Below, piece after piece: positions 51,394-62,796 of a stretch of DNA of 64,000 bases. Under the pieces are notes generated by a model. That model had not been told where the DNA came from and did not search any database. It was given only the letters and a program-made list of their open reading frames with translations. The position numbers and the translations under genes were made by a program. This DNA is from Mobula hypostoma (taxonomy: Eukaryota). Position 1 is the stretch's first letter, and every line of letters begins with the position of its first letter. The DNA lies in NCBI RefSeq assembly GCF_963921235.1, contig NC_086097.1, positions 34,784,001 through 34,848,000 of the forward strand, given 5' to 3'.

Positions 51394-51922
51394 CAGTGGT
51401 GCAGTGCTAGCTGGAGCGTACCGGAGTGCGTCTGGCACATCTTTAAGAAAAAAAGCCAAAACAAACAAGCTAATTAATTAAACGCAAACAACAGGAATTC
51501 TGCAGATGCTGGAAATTCAAGCAACATACATCAAAGTTGCTGGTGAACGCAGCAGGCCAAGCAGCATCTATAGGAAGAGGCGCAGTCGACGTTTCAGGCC
51601 GAGACCCTTCGTCACCTAATTAATTAGGTGTCACCCAGGGTGATTTGAGTATCTCAGAAACTGCTGATCTCCTGTGATTTTTACACACAACAGACTCTGG
51701 AGTTTACAAAGAATGGTGCCAAAAACAAAAAAAAAGTCCAGTGAGTGGATTGAACAAGATGTTTTCGCTCACAGAACAGCCACTTGCTGGATGTTTTTTT
51801 TTTATTTTTGATACTCAAATCACCCTGGACAGCACCTAATTAATTAGCTTGTTTATTTCAGCTTTTTTCTTAAAGATGTGCCAGATGCGCTCTGGTGCGC
51901 TCCGGCTAGCATTATACCACTG
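51394..51922. mobile_element. hAT-like MITE with ~110-bp inverted arms and an 8-bp TSD
   Basis: CAGTGG...CCACTG termini. The flanks CCTTCACA and CCTACACA match at 7/8. Confidence 0.8.
51481..51615 (-). mobile_element. Young Penelope-like insertion with an 11-bp flanking duplication
   Basis: CTAATTAATTA at 51470 and 51616. It has 3 mismatches over 92 nt relative to 25289-25380. Confidence 0.9.
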
Positions 51923-52242
51923 CCTACACATAACAATCCCCGACTCCCTCACCCACAGAAAAGAACAGCGACAGTAGTACCAAATCCCCACCCCTTGTAC
52001 CCATATTACGATTGTTTGTGTGTTATTAGAAGATCGGGCCACATTTTATGAGTAATTAATGTAGCAAAACAGGTAACTGCAAAGGTTTCACAAACTTTTT
52101 CTGGCAGCTGTATGTGTATGTAGGATATAGAATGTACTTTTAGAATACATTGTATTAATTAACATATTGAATATTAACATCATTCACTTTTGAGGATTTG
52201 TATATCTTTAGAGATTCATTTCCAAACTTTTGTTTGTTAGTA

Positions 52243-53010
52243 TTGTGGATTCTGGTTAATTGGGACACATCAGAACCAGTACAGTTTGGCACAATTATGT
52301 GGCTGCCCCAGTTAGCCAAGATTTCATGGAAATTGTTAAAAATGTTTAAAAAAGACAAACTGAATAACAAATTGTGTATTTAAATGTAATGCAGATCAAA
52401 ATGAAACACTATCAATACTACTACAGTACTATAAAACTGTGTATTAATTCCTTATTGTTATCAGTGGAGGAGTTCATCCAGCGTACCTGTACACTGCCAT
52501 GTTGTTTTGATTGTAAATGAGAAAAAAGTGCAGACTCCTAGTGTAGATAATGAACTGCCTTCATACAATGACATCAATGATTTCATCCTTCAAATATTTT
52601 TCTGGTAATATTCAAGATGATTGTTGATATCCTCAAATTCTTTGTAGTTCGTAACTTGTTAAAGTAGTGAAATTGCTTCATTTTCACTCCTGGTCATCTC
52701 CGGCATCTCCAAGCCTGAATGTTTAAAACTGCAAAGCAGTTCAGAAATGTCTTACTACTTATTTCTCATGAACTACCATGTCAAAAATCACTACTTTTTG
52801 AACACAACTGAACACAAATGACACTATTTAAAAACTGTTCAGCAATAGTCTTCTGCCTCAATTAAGCAGCATAGTATCCTAAATAAGTGAAGGGAATCCT
52901 GGTTATTTTCTTGATTAGTTTTTTGTTTTTAAGAATTATTCCAAATAAATGGCTGCCCCAATTAACTGATTATGCAATTAACTGATTATGCAATTAACTG
53001 GTATCCACTG
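52243..53010. mobile_element. Tigger/pogo-like non-autonomous DNA transposon
   Basis: Inverted termini gtggattctggttaattg and caattaactggtatccactg, with subterminal tggctgcccca repeats. Confidence 0.7.
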
Positions 53011-53397
53011 AATTTGATTATTGCATATATTCACATATAGTGCTTGAATTTGTTTTTGACACTTGGGTTCATTGTACTAGCATTTAATTAATAAAAAAGT
53101 TTTACATTGCCATTAAGTTTTACATTTTCCTGCCTATCTTTATTATATTGACAAATATTCAGCTATCTCTATAGTCTTCAGTAGTTCTGCCATGACAACT
53201 TTCGGCACTCTGTATCATACAGAGGATGCTTTTGTTGTTTGTGTGAACATTAGAAATTTAAAGAGGTTAGAATAGCAAAGACCACTGGTGTTCAGTAGAC
53301 TGATCCTACTATCATGAACATGTATTTATTATAGTTATTCTATTCCTTTTTCCTCAAACCTTTCCCCACCTTCTCCAATTTTCTTGCTGTATTCAAT

Positions 53398-53793
53398 TCA
53401 GAATCAGAATCATGTTTATTATCACAGGCATGTGTTGTGATATTTGTTAACTTAGCAGCAGCATTTCAATGCAATAGAAGAAAAAAATAACAATTAAAAA
53501 TAATAATAATTACAGCATACATATATTGAATAGATTAAAAATCATGCAAAAACAAATAATATGTATTAAAAAAGTGAGGTAATGTTCAAGGGTTCAATGT
53601 CCATTTAGGAATCGGATGGCAGAGGGGAAGAAGCTGTTCCTGAATCGCTGAGTGTGTGCGTTCAGGCTTCTGTACCTCCTACCTGATGGTAACTGTGAGA
53701 AAAGGGCATGCCCTGGGTGCTGGAGGTCCTTAATAATGGACACTGCCTTTCTGAGACACCGTTCCCTGAAGATGTCCTGGGTACTTTGTAGGC
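53398..53793 (-). mobile_element. Rex/Babar-type LINE 3' end
   Basis: (tcagaa)n tail. Very similar to 40576-40943. Confidence 0.85.
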
Positions 53794-55787
53794 TTAGTTA
53801 GCTGCTCCATAAATTCATTGCAATTTACTATGCTATTAAATTTAACTAGTAACTATCATCCTGACTAACTTTAAGGGTTATTAAAAAAAAAGAACATCAG
53901 GAGAAGTGTATTGGTTATGTCCAGAGCTGCAGACTTAAATCGGGACAAAGAAAGCCTTTTGGTTGTCAAGTGCATATCCTGTAGGGTGATTGCAACACTG
54001 GATACAGCTGTGAATAATAGGGAAGGAAGGCTGAAGAGAAGTAGGTCTTGCCCCTGCTTTTCTCATCACTTGCTCTAAATGCAGTCTGGAAGCAATGTCC
54101 TTCAGAACCTGATTAGATTAATTGACATTCAAGCTTCTTATCCTAGGTATAGTTCATCAGCCAACAGAGGCTTAAGGTGGGTTCCTTGTCTATTTTTGAC
54201 CTGATGATATTAATCTCAACATTGAGCAATCACAGATCAATTCCCTTCCAACAGGATTGAAATAAAAGAAGATATTCTGAGTATGTTACATGATTAATCT
54301 CTAAGGCTGTTCTTCCACTTACGGCTTTTCCCTAGATGTAGGTTATGTTGCAGGTTTGTCTGGACCGTGCACTTTTGTTATGTTTGAAACTGCTTTCCAG
54401 GTGGTTTATATTAGCCTTTAATTTCTTTTAATAGAACTGATAGACCTATTAAGGCCCTAATTAATGAATCAGAAATCATATACGAATCAAGTGGGTTTTT
54501 ACAACACTCTTGTAGTTTCATGATGAATGCTACTTCTAACATTACAATTCTAAATGTATTTAGTTAACATGAAAATTTAAATTCTACAGGTGCTCATGTG
54601 GGATTTGATCTTTAGAGTATGGACTCAACCTCTGAATTGGTTATTTACCTGACTAGATCACCATTCATTCCAGCAGAGGCCACATTTGAAATATTGTGTT
54701 CAGTTTTAGATTCCCAGCCTTTCAGTAAAAGAATATACTATGTATTGAAGATATTTCCACAAAGAACAGCACAGTAGTGATGGATGGTTCTAGAATTTGG
54801 GATCTGAATTGTAATAATGTTTTCCCAGAGCACCCCCAAGCCAATAGTTATTTTATATAAATACATATAAAATGTTATTTAAATATTTTATTGACAAATT
54901 GGTTATTTTAATAGTATGAGCTCTTTATTCCTTTACATGTCAATTGTGAAAAGTAATGCTTACATTAAAACATTTTTAAAACAAATTAAATTAGGCTGAA
55001 TTAATTGGGTCAGAGATAATTTAGAAGATAATCATTTGGCCTTGGATATCTCTCCCCACTTTGGAATATTAGACACATTGCTCTGTAGGTCATGGCGCTT
55101 CATGTATACTGTATATTGAAGAATTATTTAAGTGTAACGAGAGTTTCTGTCTCACTGATCCTCACAAACACTGGTCTCTCTGAAAACGGGCTGTTGCCCA
55201 TTTTTTCTCTTGTCCTCTACCAATTATCTCAAATCTATGCCACATGGTAATAATTATGTCAAAGGAAGTAATTATTTTCTATTTAACTTTCCATGCCATA
55301 AGAACATGGGAGCAAGTGTAGACCATCGGCACTTTAAGCCTGCTCTGTTATTCATGACGATTCAGCACTATCCCCACATCCCATGGTTCCTTTAATGTCT
55401 AGTAGTCTGTTGAGCTTTAGTTTGAACTAGTATAGCAGCTGAGCCTCTACAGTTTACTGGGCTCGACAGTTCATCCACTGAATCAATTCTAAACGCTCAG
55501 TGTCATCTGGGTGAAGAAATTTTAAGTCGTAAATTCTAATGGCCTACCCTTAGTCCGAAACAGTGTCCCCTGAACTGGACTCAGTTGGAAAATACCCTCC
55601 ATGTCTAACCTATTATGTGCTTCAAGAAATTTATTTCCATGAGATCTCCCATTGCTCTAAACTATGTGGAATACAGTCCCAGTCTCCTCAATCCTATCAA
55701 GCAAGTGGATTATCTCAGGAATCTATTGAATGAATCTTTGCAGCACTTCCTCCATGGGAAGAGTCTTTCTATGGACATGGAACAGTC

Positions 55788-55900
55788 TTTTTCTGTTGTC
55801 AATGTCAAAAAAGCTAAATTAAATCCACTGTGATTTAATGTTGTAAAACAATAAAACATGAAAACTTCCAAGGGGAGGTGAATACTTTTTATAAGTACTG
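55788..55900. mobile_element. Tc1-like terminal fragment
   Basis: Ends ggtgaatactttttataagtactg-TA, which is TIR-like. Confidence 0.6.
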
Positions 55901-56544
55901 TATGTTATTTCTGGTTTGAATTATTTTTAATCTAACTATTTAATATAAATATATATCCATGCTGTAATTGATCCCTTATATTGTTTTTGTAATTTGTTCT
56001 CTATCCTGTAAGAGAACCCTGTAAGCATGAAAGTAAGCTGCCAGACCACATTTCCTTTTAATGCTTCAGTTATAGCTGAAGTATTTTGTCTGTCAGCACC
56101 AATAACTAGCTGAATTGTTTTTTTCATGAACTTCCTTGCAGTGTTGTCTTCATCTTTTTTTCCTGAATTTCTACTCAGTTCTTCACGCCCTTATCATTCC
56201 AGTTTAAACCTTCTCCAAAACTGTAAAACCTAGCCACAGGAATATTGGAACCAACCCTGGCGGGATGAAAGACATCTAACCTATACAGGTCAATTTTTTC
56301 CCAGAACTGATCATAGTGATTCAAATTTTTCAAGCTCTGTTCCTCACAACATCCCTCCAGTAATGTAGGTATCTACAGTCTAACATATTTCTATACTCCT
56401 AGTAGCAGCAGGTGCTACTTTTCCTTAAAATCTATCTGCAAGACCATAACCATTTCTGTATCCACTTTGTTGATTAGGACTGTTCACTTTTCACCCTCTT
56501 CTTTAAGTGTTCTGCAGCTTTTGTGACGTCCTTGACCCTGCCTG

Positions 56545-56964
56545 GTTTAGAGAGTATGCATTATGATCAGAGATTAAGGGAGCTAGGGCTTTACTCTTTG
56601 GAGAGAAGGAGGATGAGAGGAGACACGATAGAGGTGTACAAGATAATAAGAGGAATAGATTGAGTGGACAGCCAGCGCCCCTTCCCCAGGGCACCACTAC
56701 TCAATACAGGAGGACATGGCTTTAAGGTAAGGGGTGGGAATTTCAAGGGGGATATTAGAGGAAGGTTTTTTACTCAGAGAGTACCATGCACTGCTTGAGT
56801 CAGTGGTGGAGACAGATACACTAGTGAAGTTTAAGAGACCACTGGACAGGTATATGGAGGAATTTAAGGTGGGGGCTTATATGGGAGGCAGGGTTTGAGG
56901 GTCGGCACAACATTGTGGGCCGAAGGACCTGTACTGTGCTGTACTATTCTATGTTCTATGTTCT
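56545..56964 (+). mobile_element. CR1 LINE 3' end
   Basis: Encodes LRELGLYSLERRRMRGDTIEVYKIIRGID and has a ctatgttctatgttct tail. Confidence 0.9.
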
Positions 56965-59199
56965 GACCTCAGGAGGTCACATGCTACATTAATTATTCTG
57001 CAGATGCAGATATGCTGCTTCCATGCTAACTGTAGAGCACCCTACATCTATTACTCTCTCGATATGTATTGTGAGTGCAGTGGTGTTTGATGTCCAATGA
57101 ATTGAATACTACAGTTGAAGGCAAGAAGTCAAGGAGTTTGGGAAGTGTTGTGAAGTTGCTTGCTTGCTTTTTTTCCTACCTTTTTGGAGTCACTTTGTTC
57201 TTTCACTGTCTTGAACTGTGGGCCAATCACTTCCTGGAAAATTATATCCACAAAAATACACAGTCACACAAATGGACTGCAGCCATCAGCTATGGCTCAA
57301 GCTCAAAACCCAGATCTCAAGTTCCTCTATTTTTGTGCATTTTGTCTTGGATATGGTTGGGTCTTGGGTGCCATATTCAGTTTTGTTTTCTGTTAGCTAA
57401 TCTATGATGTATGAGAAAACAACTTTCCTTTCTTTGCAGCTAATTGTTTCACTTGCCAAAGTCCTGAAGTTCATATTCTGCAGAACTGGAAATGTGTGCA
57501 TCAGTGAAACACCTGTATCGACACTAGGACATCAAAAAGCTAGGGTTGGCCCTTGCTGATGGTAATTACCATGAAACCTCATTGAGATGCCCATTGTTTA
57601 TACATAACGATTGGACAGAGTTTCCTTTTATATACTCATTTGGTTTTTATTTCATGGCTTGACATTTTGTAGCATATTATTTCCTGCCAATTTCCTATTG
57701 CGAATATAGCTGACATCTGCAACCACAAGTTGGTACTTGCTTACAGTTTCCTTGTAATGGTTAATTTGCATTCTAGTTAACATGAAGTTAATGTTCCAGT
57801 GCATGAATTGTCAGATTCTTTCTGATAGACACGATATATTTGGACTATGAGTTGCTAAACTCATAAATGCTATACACAGTGAATGTCACACAAATGATGC
57901 CAAAATTTGAATTGATAATTGGGTAAAATTGAATAATATTAGATAATCAATATTCCAATGAATGAATATTGGAATGCACCCTTGAACTACTGTATGAAAT
58001 TGTGCGAAGGCTCACAATTGATGGAGATGTATAAACTTTAAAAATTTATATGTAATTATTTACTTTAAATCATGAATTGTTGGTTATTTAGTATGGAAGT
58101 ATGCAGCAGGTGTTTTTAATGTGTCATATTAGTAATACTTTTAAACAGATGAAGATGTCCTAGGGAAGCTGAGAAACATACTTGCTCATCTCTAGTGCCC
58201 TTGTAACTTTGTATGCAGAATATTCTCTCCGCACTATTTCAGCATTTCTGGGATTGACTTCAGTCGAATAATATTTATCAGAATGGGGTGTGAGTTCGGG
58301 GTATCATCAGTTCCTGATCACCACAGATTTTACACTTGCTGCCACAAGTAACAAATAATTTTATTGCATTCCTAAGATGCATTAATGCCATTACTAGCAT
58401 TTCCAGTTGGCTTGGTTTGATAAAATATTTTCTTGAAATTTCAAGTAAATTTCATAACTTGGCAACACTTTCTCTGTTGCAGTGCAACCTATAGATAGCA
58501 GACAGTATCATAATGCATAGAGGATGGAGGTTGTCCATAAGTTAGAAAATACACAAAAAGCACTTGATATGATAACTGTACCTCCTGGGGAAGGGGAAGT
58601 GGGGCCCCAGTATCTGCGAGTCTGCTGGATGCTGAAGAAAATGGCCTGTCCTGAGATACAGTATTAGAAGATTGTATGCACGTGCATAGGGAGGAACGGG
58701 ATTTGTTTGCTGTAGTTGCCTGTTAACTTTTATTTTATTGTGCTGTGTGTTGCTCTGCTGAGCATTGGGGGCAGGTATGCTGTGCTGGTGCCGGAATGTG
58801 TGGTGACACTGGCGGCTGCCCCCAGCACATTTTTGGATGTGTTGGTTGTTAAGTCAGTTGGTATGTTTCACTGTATGCTTTGATTTAAGTGTGGTAAATA
58901 AATTTGCATCTGAACGGCATCAAAAGCCCATATTACTAATTGAACACAATTACTAAAATATGGAGAGAAGGAGGAGATGAGTTTTGCAATTCATAGTGAA
59001 AGGTTTTACTACACTTCACATTATTATCAAATGGGCATTAATATTGAGAGGCTGGTGGCCAAAATTGTGATCAAATTGGGAAAGAGGGAGAAATGGAAAG
59101 GGAATTACAGAATTAAATATATTTGGAGCTGACGGTTTAGCTGCCTGCGAGTAAGCAATCAAATTTGGGCAGGAATGAGCTATAATTTAAGGGATATCT

Positions 59200-59376
59200 A
59201 TACTCTTCCCCCACCTTTTTATTCTGGCATTTCCCCCCCTCCCCTTACTTCTCTGTCCTGAAGAAGGGGCTTGCTTGAAACGGCTCCATAGATGCTGCCT
59301 GACCTGCTGAGTTCCTCAGCATTTTGTGTATATGTTGCTCTGGATTTTCCAACACTGCGGACTTTCTCATGTTTAT
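59200..59376 (+). mobile_element. Penelope-like terminal repeat with a partly deleted hammerhead motif
   Basis: CTGAAGA at 59258 and GAAACG at 59277, followed by atagatgctgcctgacctgctgagttcctc. Confidence 0.8.
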
Positions 59377-59429
59377 CTCTACATTTTGATACTTTTTGGG
59401 ACCAGGTCAATAAGAATAGGGGTAATGAG

Positions 59430-60065
59430 TGAACATGAATTATGATAAGTTGGGATATCAGAGGGAGATTGGAAATCTGGTTGAATAGTACCATAACAAC
59501 AACCTCTCGCTTAATGTCAGCAAGACCAAAGAGCTGATGATTTACCACAGGAGGAAGAAATCAAAGCTCCATTGAGCAGGTCATCATTAGGGTATGGGAG
59601 GCAGAGAGGGTCAGTAACTTTAAATTCCTGCTCCACCATTCACTAAGATCAACTAGCCAATCTATCTCACTCCAGTCTCCTCATCACCATCTGAGATTCT
59701 GCTGACAATAGTTGTATTACAGTATCAGCGAATTTATAGGTGGTGTTTGAGCTGTGCCTAGCCATGCAGTCAGTGAGCAGCGGGTTAAGCACACAACCCT
59801 AAGGAGCGCCTGCATTGATTGTCAGCAAGGAGAAGATGTTATTTCAGATCCACACTGACTGTGGTCTCCCGCTGTGGAAGTAGAGGATCCGGTTGCAGAG
59901 GGAGATACAGAGGTCCAGGTTTTGAAGCTTGAGGGGATGATGGTGTTGAATGCTGTGTTGCGATCAATTAAACAGCAGTCTAACATAGATATTGATGTTG
60001 TCCAGATTGTCCAAGGCTGAGTGGAGAGCCAGTAGGTTGTATCCACTGTAGACCTGTTGTGGTAG
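59430..60065. mobile_element. Two convergent Rex/Babar RT fragments (+ 59430-59630, - 59631-60065)
   Basis: Plus strand gives NNLSLNVSKTKEL...ERVSNFKFL. Minus strand gives AFNTIIPS and adjacent RT sequence. Confidence 0.8.
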
Positions 60066-60761
60066 ATGGTGTAATAGTCAATGCCTTACATGGAAGTTTA
60101 CTGCTATGCCTGAATACTGGATTGTAGCATAATTACAGAGACATTGGAACTGACATTTTCATCTTGCCCCCCTCCCCAACACACCTGTAATTGTATCTTC
60201 AGTGACTTGCAGGCCTTGTGTTTATTTCTTGATAAGGAGCTACCAGACAATTCACATGATTATGAACCTTTACTGGGACTGCAGCAAATTTTGTTTTGAT
60301 CCTGTGGGCAGGATTTGTGGTTGGAAAGCCCAAATGCACCATCTGTTCATATCATTTTGTGATAGTGCTGTACAAAATCATGTGATTGTGCAAAGCAGCC
60401 ATGTTTCAGATAAACTAATAATTCAAAATAAAAAAAATGTATGTTTTGATAGTACTTATTAAATCACTTAGCATCAATTATCATGAGCTTGCAGATGCTC
60501 AGGCATGCAAAGTTGAGAAAGGCCTTTTGACTTGGTGATTGGAGTCTTTAATATTGGCGTCATATCTTTAGCTGATAAAGATATAAAAATGCTTGAAAAT
60601 GAACTGTAATAAAGAATTACATTCTTAAACTTACCTTCAAGCAATCCATGCAGGCGAGAGTGAAGTGCTCCATTTTGTTGAATTCTAACTGTTGATTGCA
60701 GATAAACATCTTAAAAGTTTAAAAATAGGGTCAGATCATCATTCTATCCAAAGTATTAAGC

Positions 60762-61330
60762 TTCAGATTCAGATTTATTTATCACATGTACACTGAAACA
60801 CACAGTGAAATGTGTTTGTTTGTATCAACAACAAATCTAATGGTGTGCCTGGAGCAGCCTGCATAGATCGCCACACATTCCATCGCCAACATAGCGCACC
60901 CACAATGATCGGCAGAACACAACAAGGAACACAACAAGCCCTTTTCTTCTCTCCCAAACATTCCCAGGAACAGTCCTCCAACTGCAGGACAGGCATCTGA
61001 GCCTTTAGGCTTCGATCATTGGACTACAACTTCTGGACTTCCGATCGACCTTCACCTTTGATCTTCGGTATTGACCCCAGATTAGTTGATAACCAGACCC
61101 CACAGCTTGAACTCCGAGTATGCCGAATGATGAGCTCTGTCCCTCCTGCTGTCACGGACACGCACACATCTGTGACAGCTCAACAGCCATGGATGTCCTT
61201 TATTCCCTTGTCCATGTTGCTGGCTTTTCATAGGCAGAGTGGAGGCTCCGACTCCTGAGGTCCTTTGTCAACTGTCCACGTCACTGGCCTTTGAATGTGA
61301 AGCCAATAACCATGGAAATATGTTATTTAA
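60762..61330 (-). mobile_element. LINE 3' UTR (Rex/L2-type)
   Basis: (ttcaga)n tail plus tttatttatcacatgtac. Inverse homology to 58740-58910. Confidence 0.7.
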
Positions 61331-62796
61331 AAAAAAAATTGAAGCCTGCTAATTGCAAATTTTGAGGCCTGGCGATTTCTTTCCAATTTAAAAAAATATT
61401 TTGAACTAAAAGAAGTGGACTAAGCCACATGGTCCCTCAAACATGCTCCATTTTTCAAGAATAGATATTTGAGCATGCACATAGATAGGAGAGGTGTAGA
61501 GGGATAAGGACAAAATGGGCATATGGGACTGGCTTAGATGGGAATCTAAATTGTACTGCTCTATCAGTCAAAATCATGGCTGATCTAATCATGAACTCAA
61601 TTCGTTCTTCCTGAAAGCAGAATGACAGGCATTGTAAGTGTTGGATGTATGTCCTGTTCCCATTTTTTTTATTCCCCTGAAGTATAAAATTCAGGCTGAG
61701 ATGGCTTATACCTAATGACTCTGCTTCTAGAGCTTTCTGAATAGAGAATTCCAAATCAACTTTTTGAGAGATGAAATGTCTGCTCTTCTCAGTCTTACCC
61801 CTAGTATTGTGAGTTATCCCTCAAATTCTAGATTCTCATGACAGAAGAAAGATTTTAACAGCAACTACTGTCTCAACCGCTTAATCTCCTATGATTCAAG
61901 CTGATCAACTTTCACTCTTTTAAACTCTGATGTATAAACTTAATCTGCATACTATTTCTTTATAGGATAATTCCTTCAAATATGGAATCAGTTTAGTGAG
62001 CTGTTTTTGCATTGTATCCAAAACAATATATCATAAATTAAGTAGGCTAAAACTGTACACAGTATGATCAGACAAAAGTCATGTGCAGCTGTAACAAAAT
62101 TTCCCTATGGTTTGCACTCTGTCTCTGTGGCAATAAAGAATAATAGAGAGCTGAGGCTGAGAATGATTTTTGTGCTTTGGGGGAATTCATGGTTTGTGAG
62201 AACCAGACAGATTTGTGGTAGTTGACCTCTTGTGGATGAATTACTTTGTAGGTTTGAGGGACCATATGGTTTAGTCCTACTTGTATAATCTGAAAAAATT
62301 TAAAGTGGAGGGTGATTGCCAAGTCTAAAAACATGGAATTCGTAGATTGCAATTTACTTTTTGCCCTCTTGTGGCCAGAAAATGAATATGCAGGTACGGC
62401 CGATTACTCAGACACTCAGTTCCTGCTTGGTGGAGGATACCAAGTCTTCTCTGAGCAATATGAAATAGTCTCAGATAATTTAAATAATATACTTTTCCAT
62501 TCTTTGTTTTGAAGTGAATAGCATAATTTCCCCATAATATTACTCAATTTGTTGTTTTGAGCATTTTCTTAATCTTTTCATATCCCTTTACAGACTTTGT
62601 CTTCATCCCAAAGCAGATGCTGGAAAAATTAAACAAGGTAGAAAATGCTGGGAAAACTCAGCAACTGTGGAAAGGGAAAAGGTTAACGTTTCAAATGAGG
62701 GGCTTTTGATCAAACCTGAGAAGGGAAATTAAATTGGTCTAGCTAGCAGAGAAATCTTGGTGAAACCCCGAGAATTTCTGATAGAGTGAACACATG

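Larger units (their letters stand above)
50825..52110 (+). mobile_element. Internally deleted Tc1-like transposon hosting nested insertions
   Basis: TA-CAGTTGC...GCAGCTG-TA ends. ORF 50863-51090 reads EWLSQGPYLNPTEMLW.DLK...AKGG. Confidence 0.85.
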
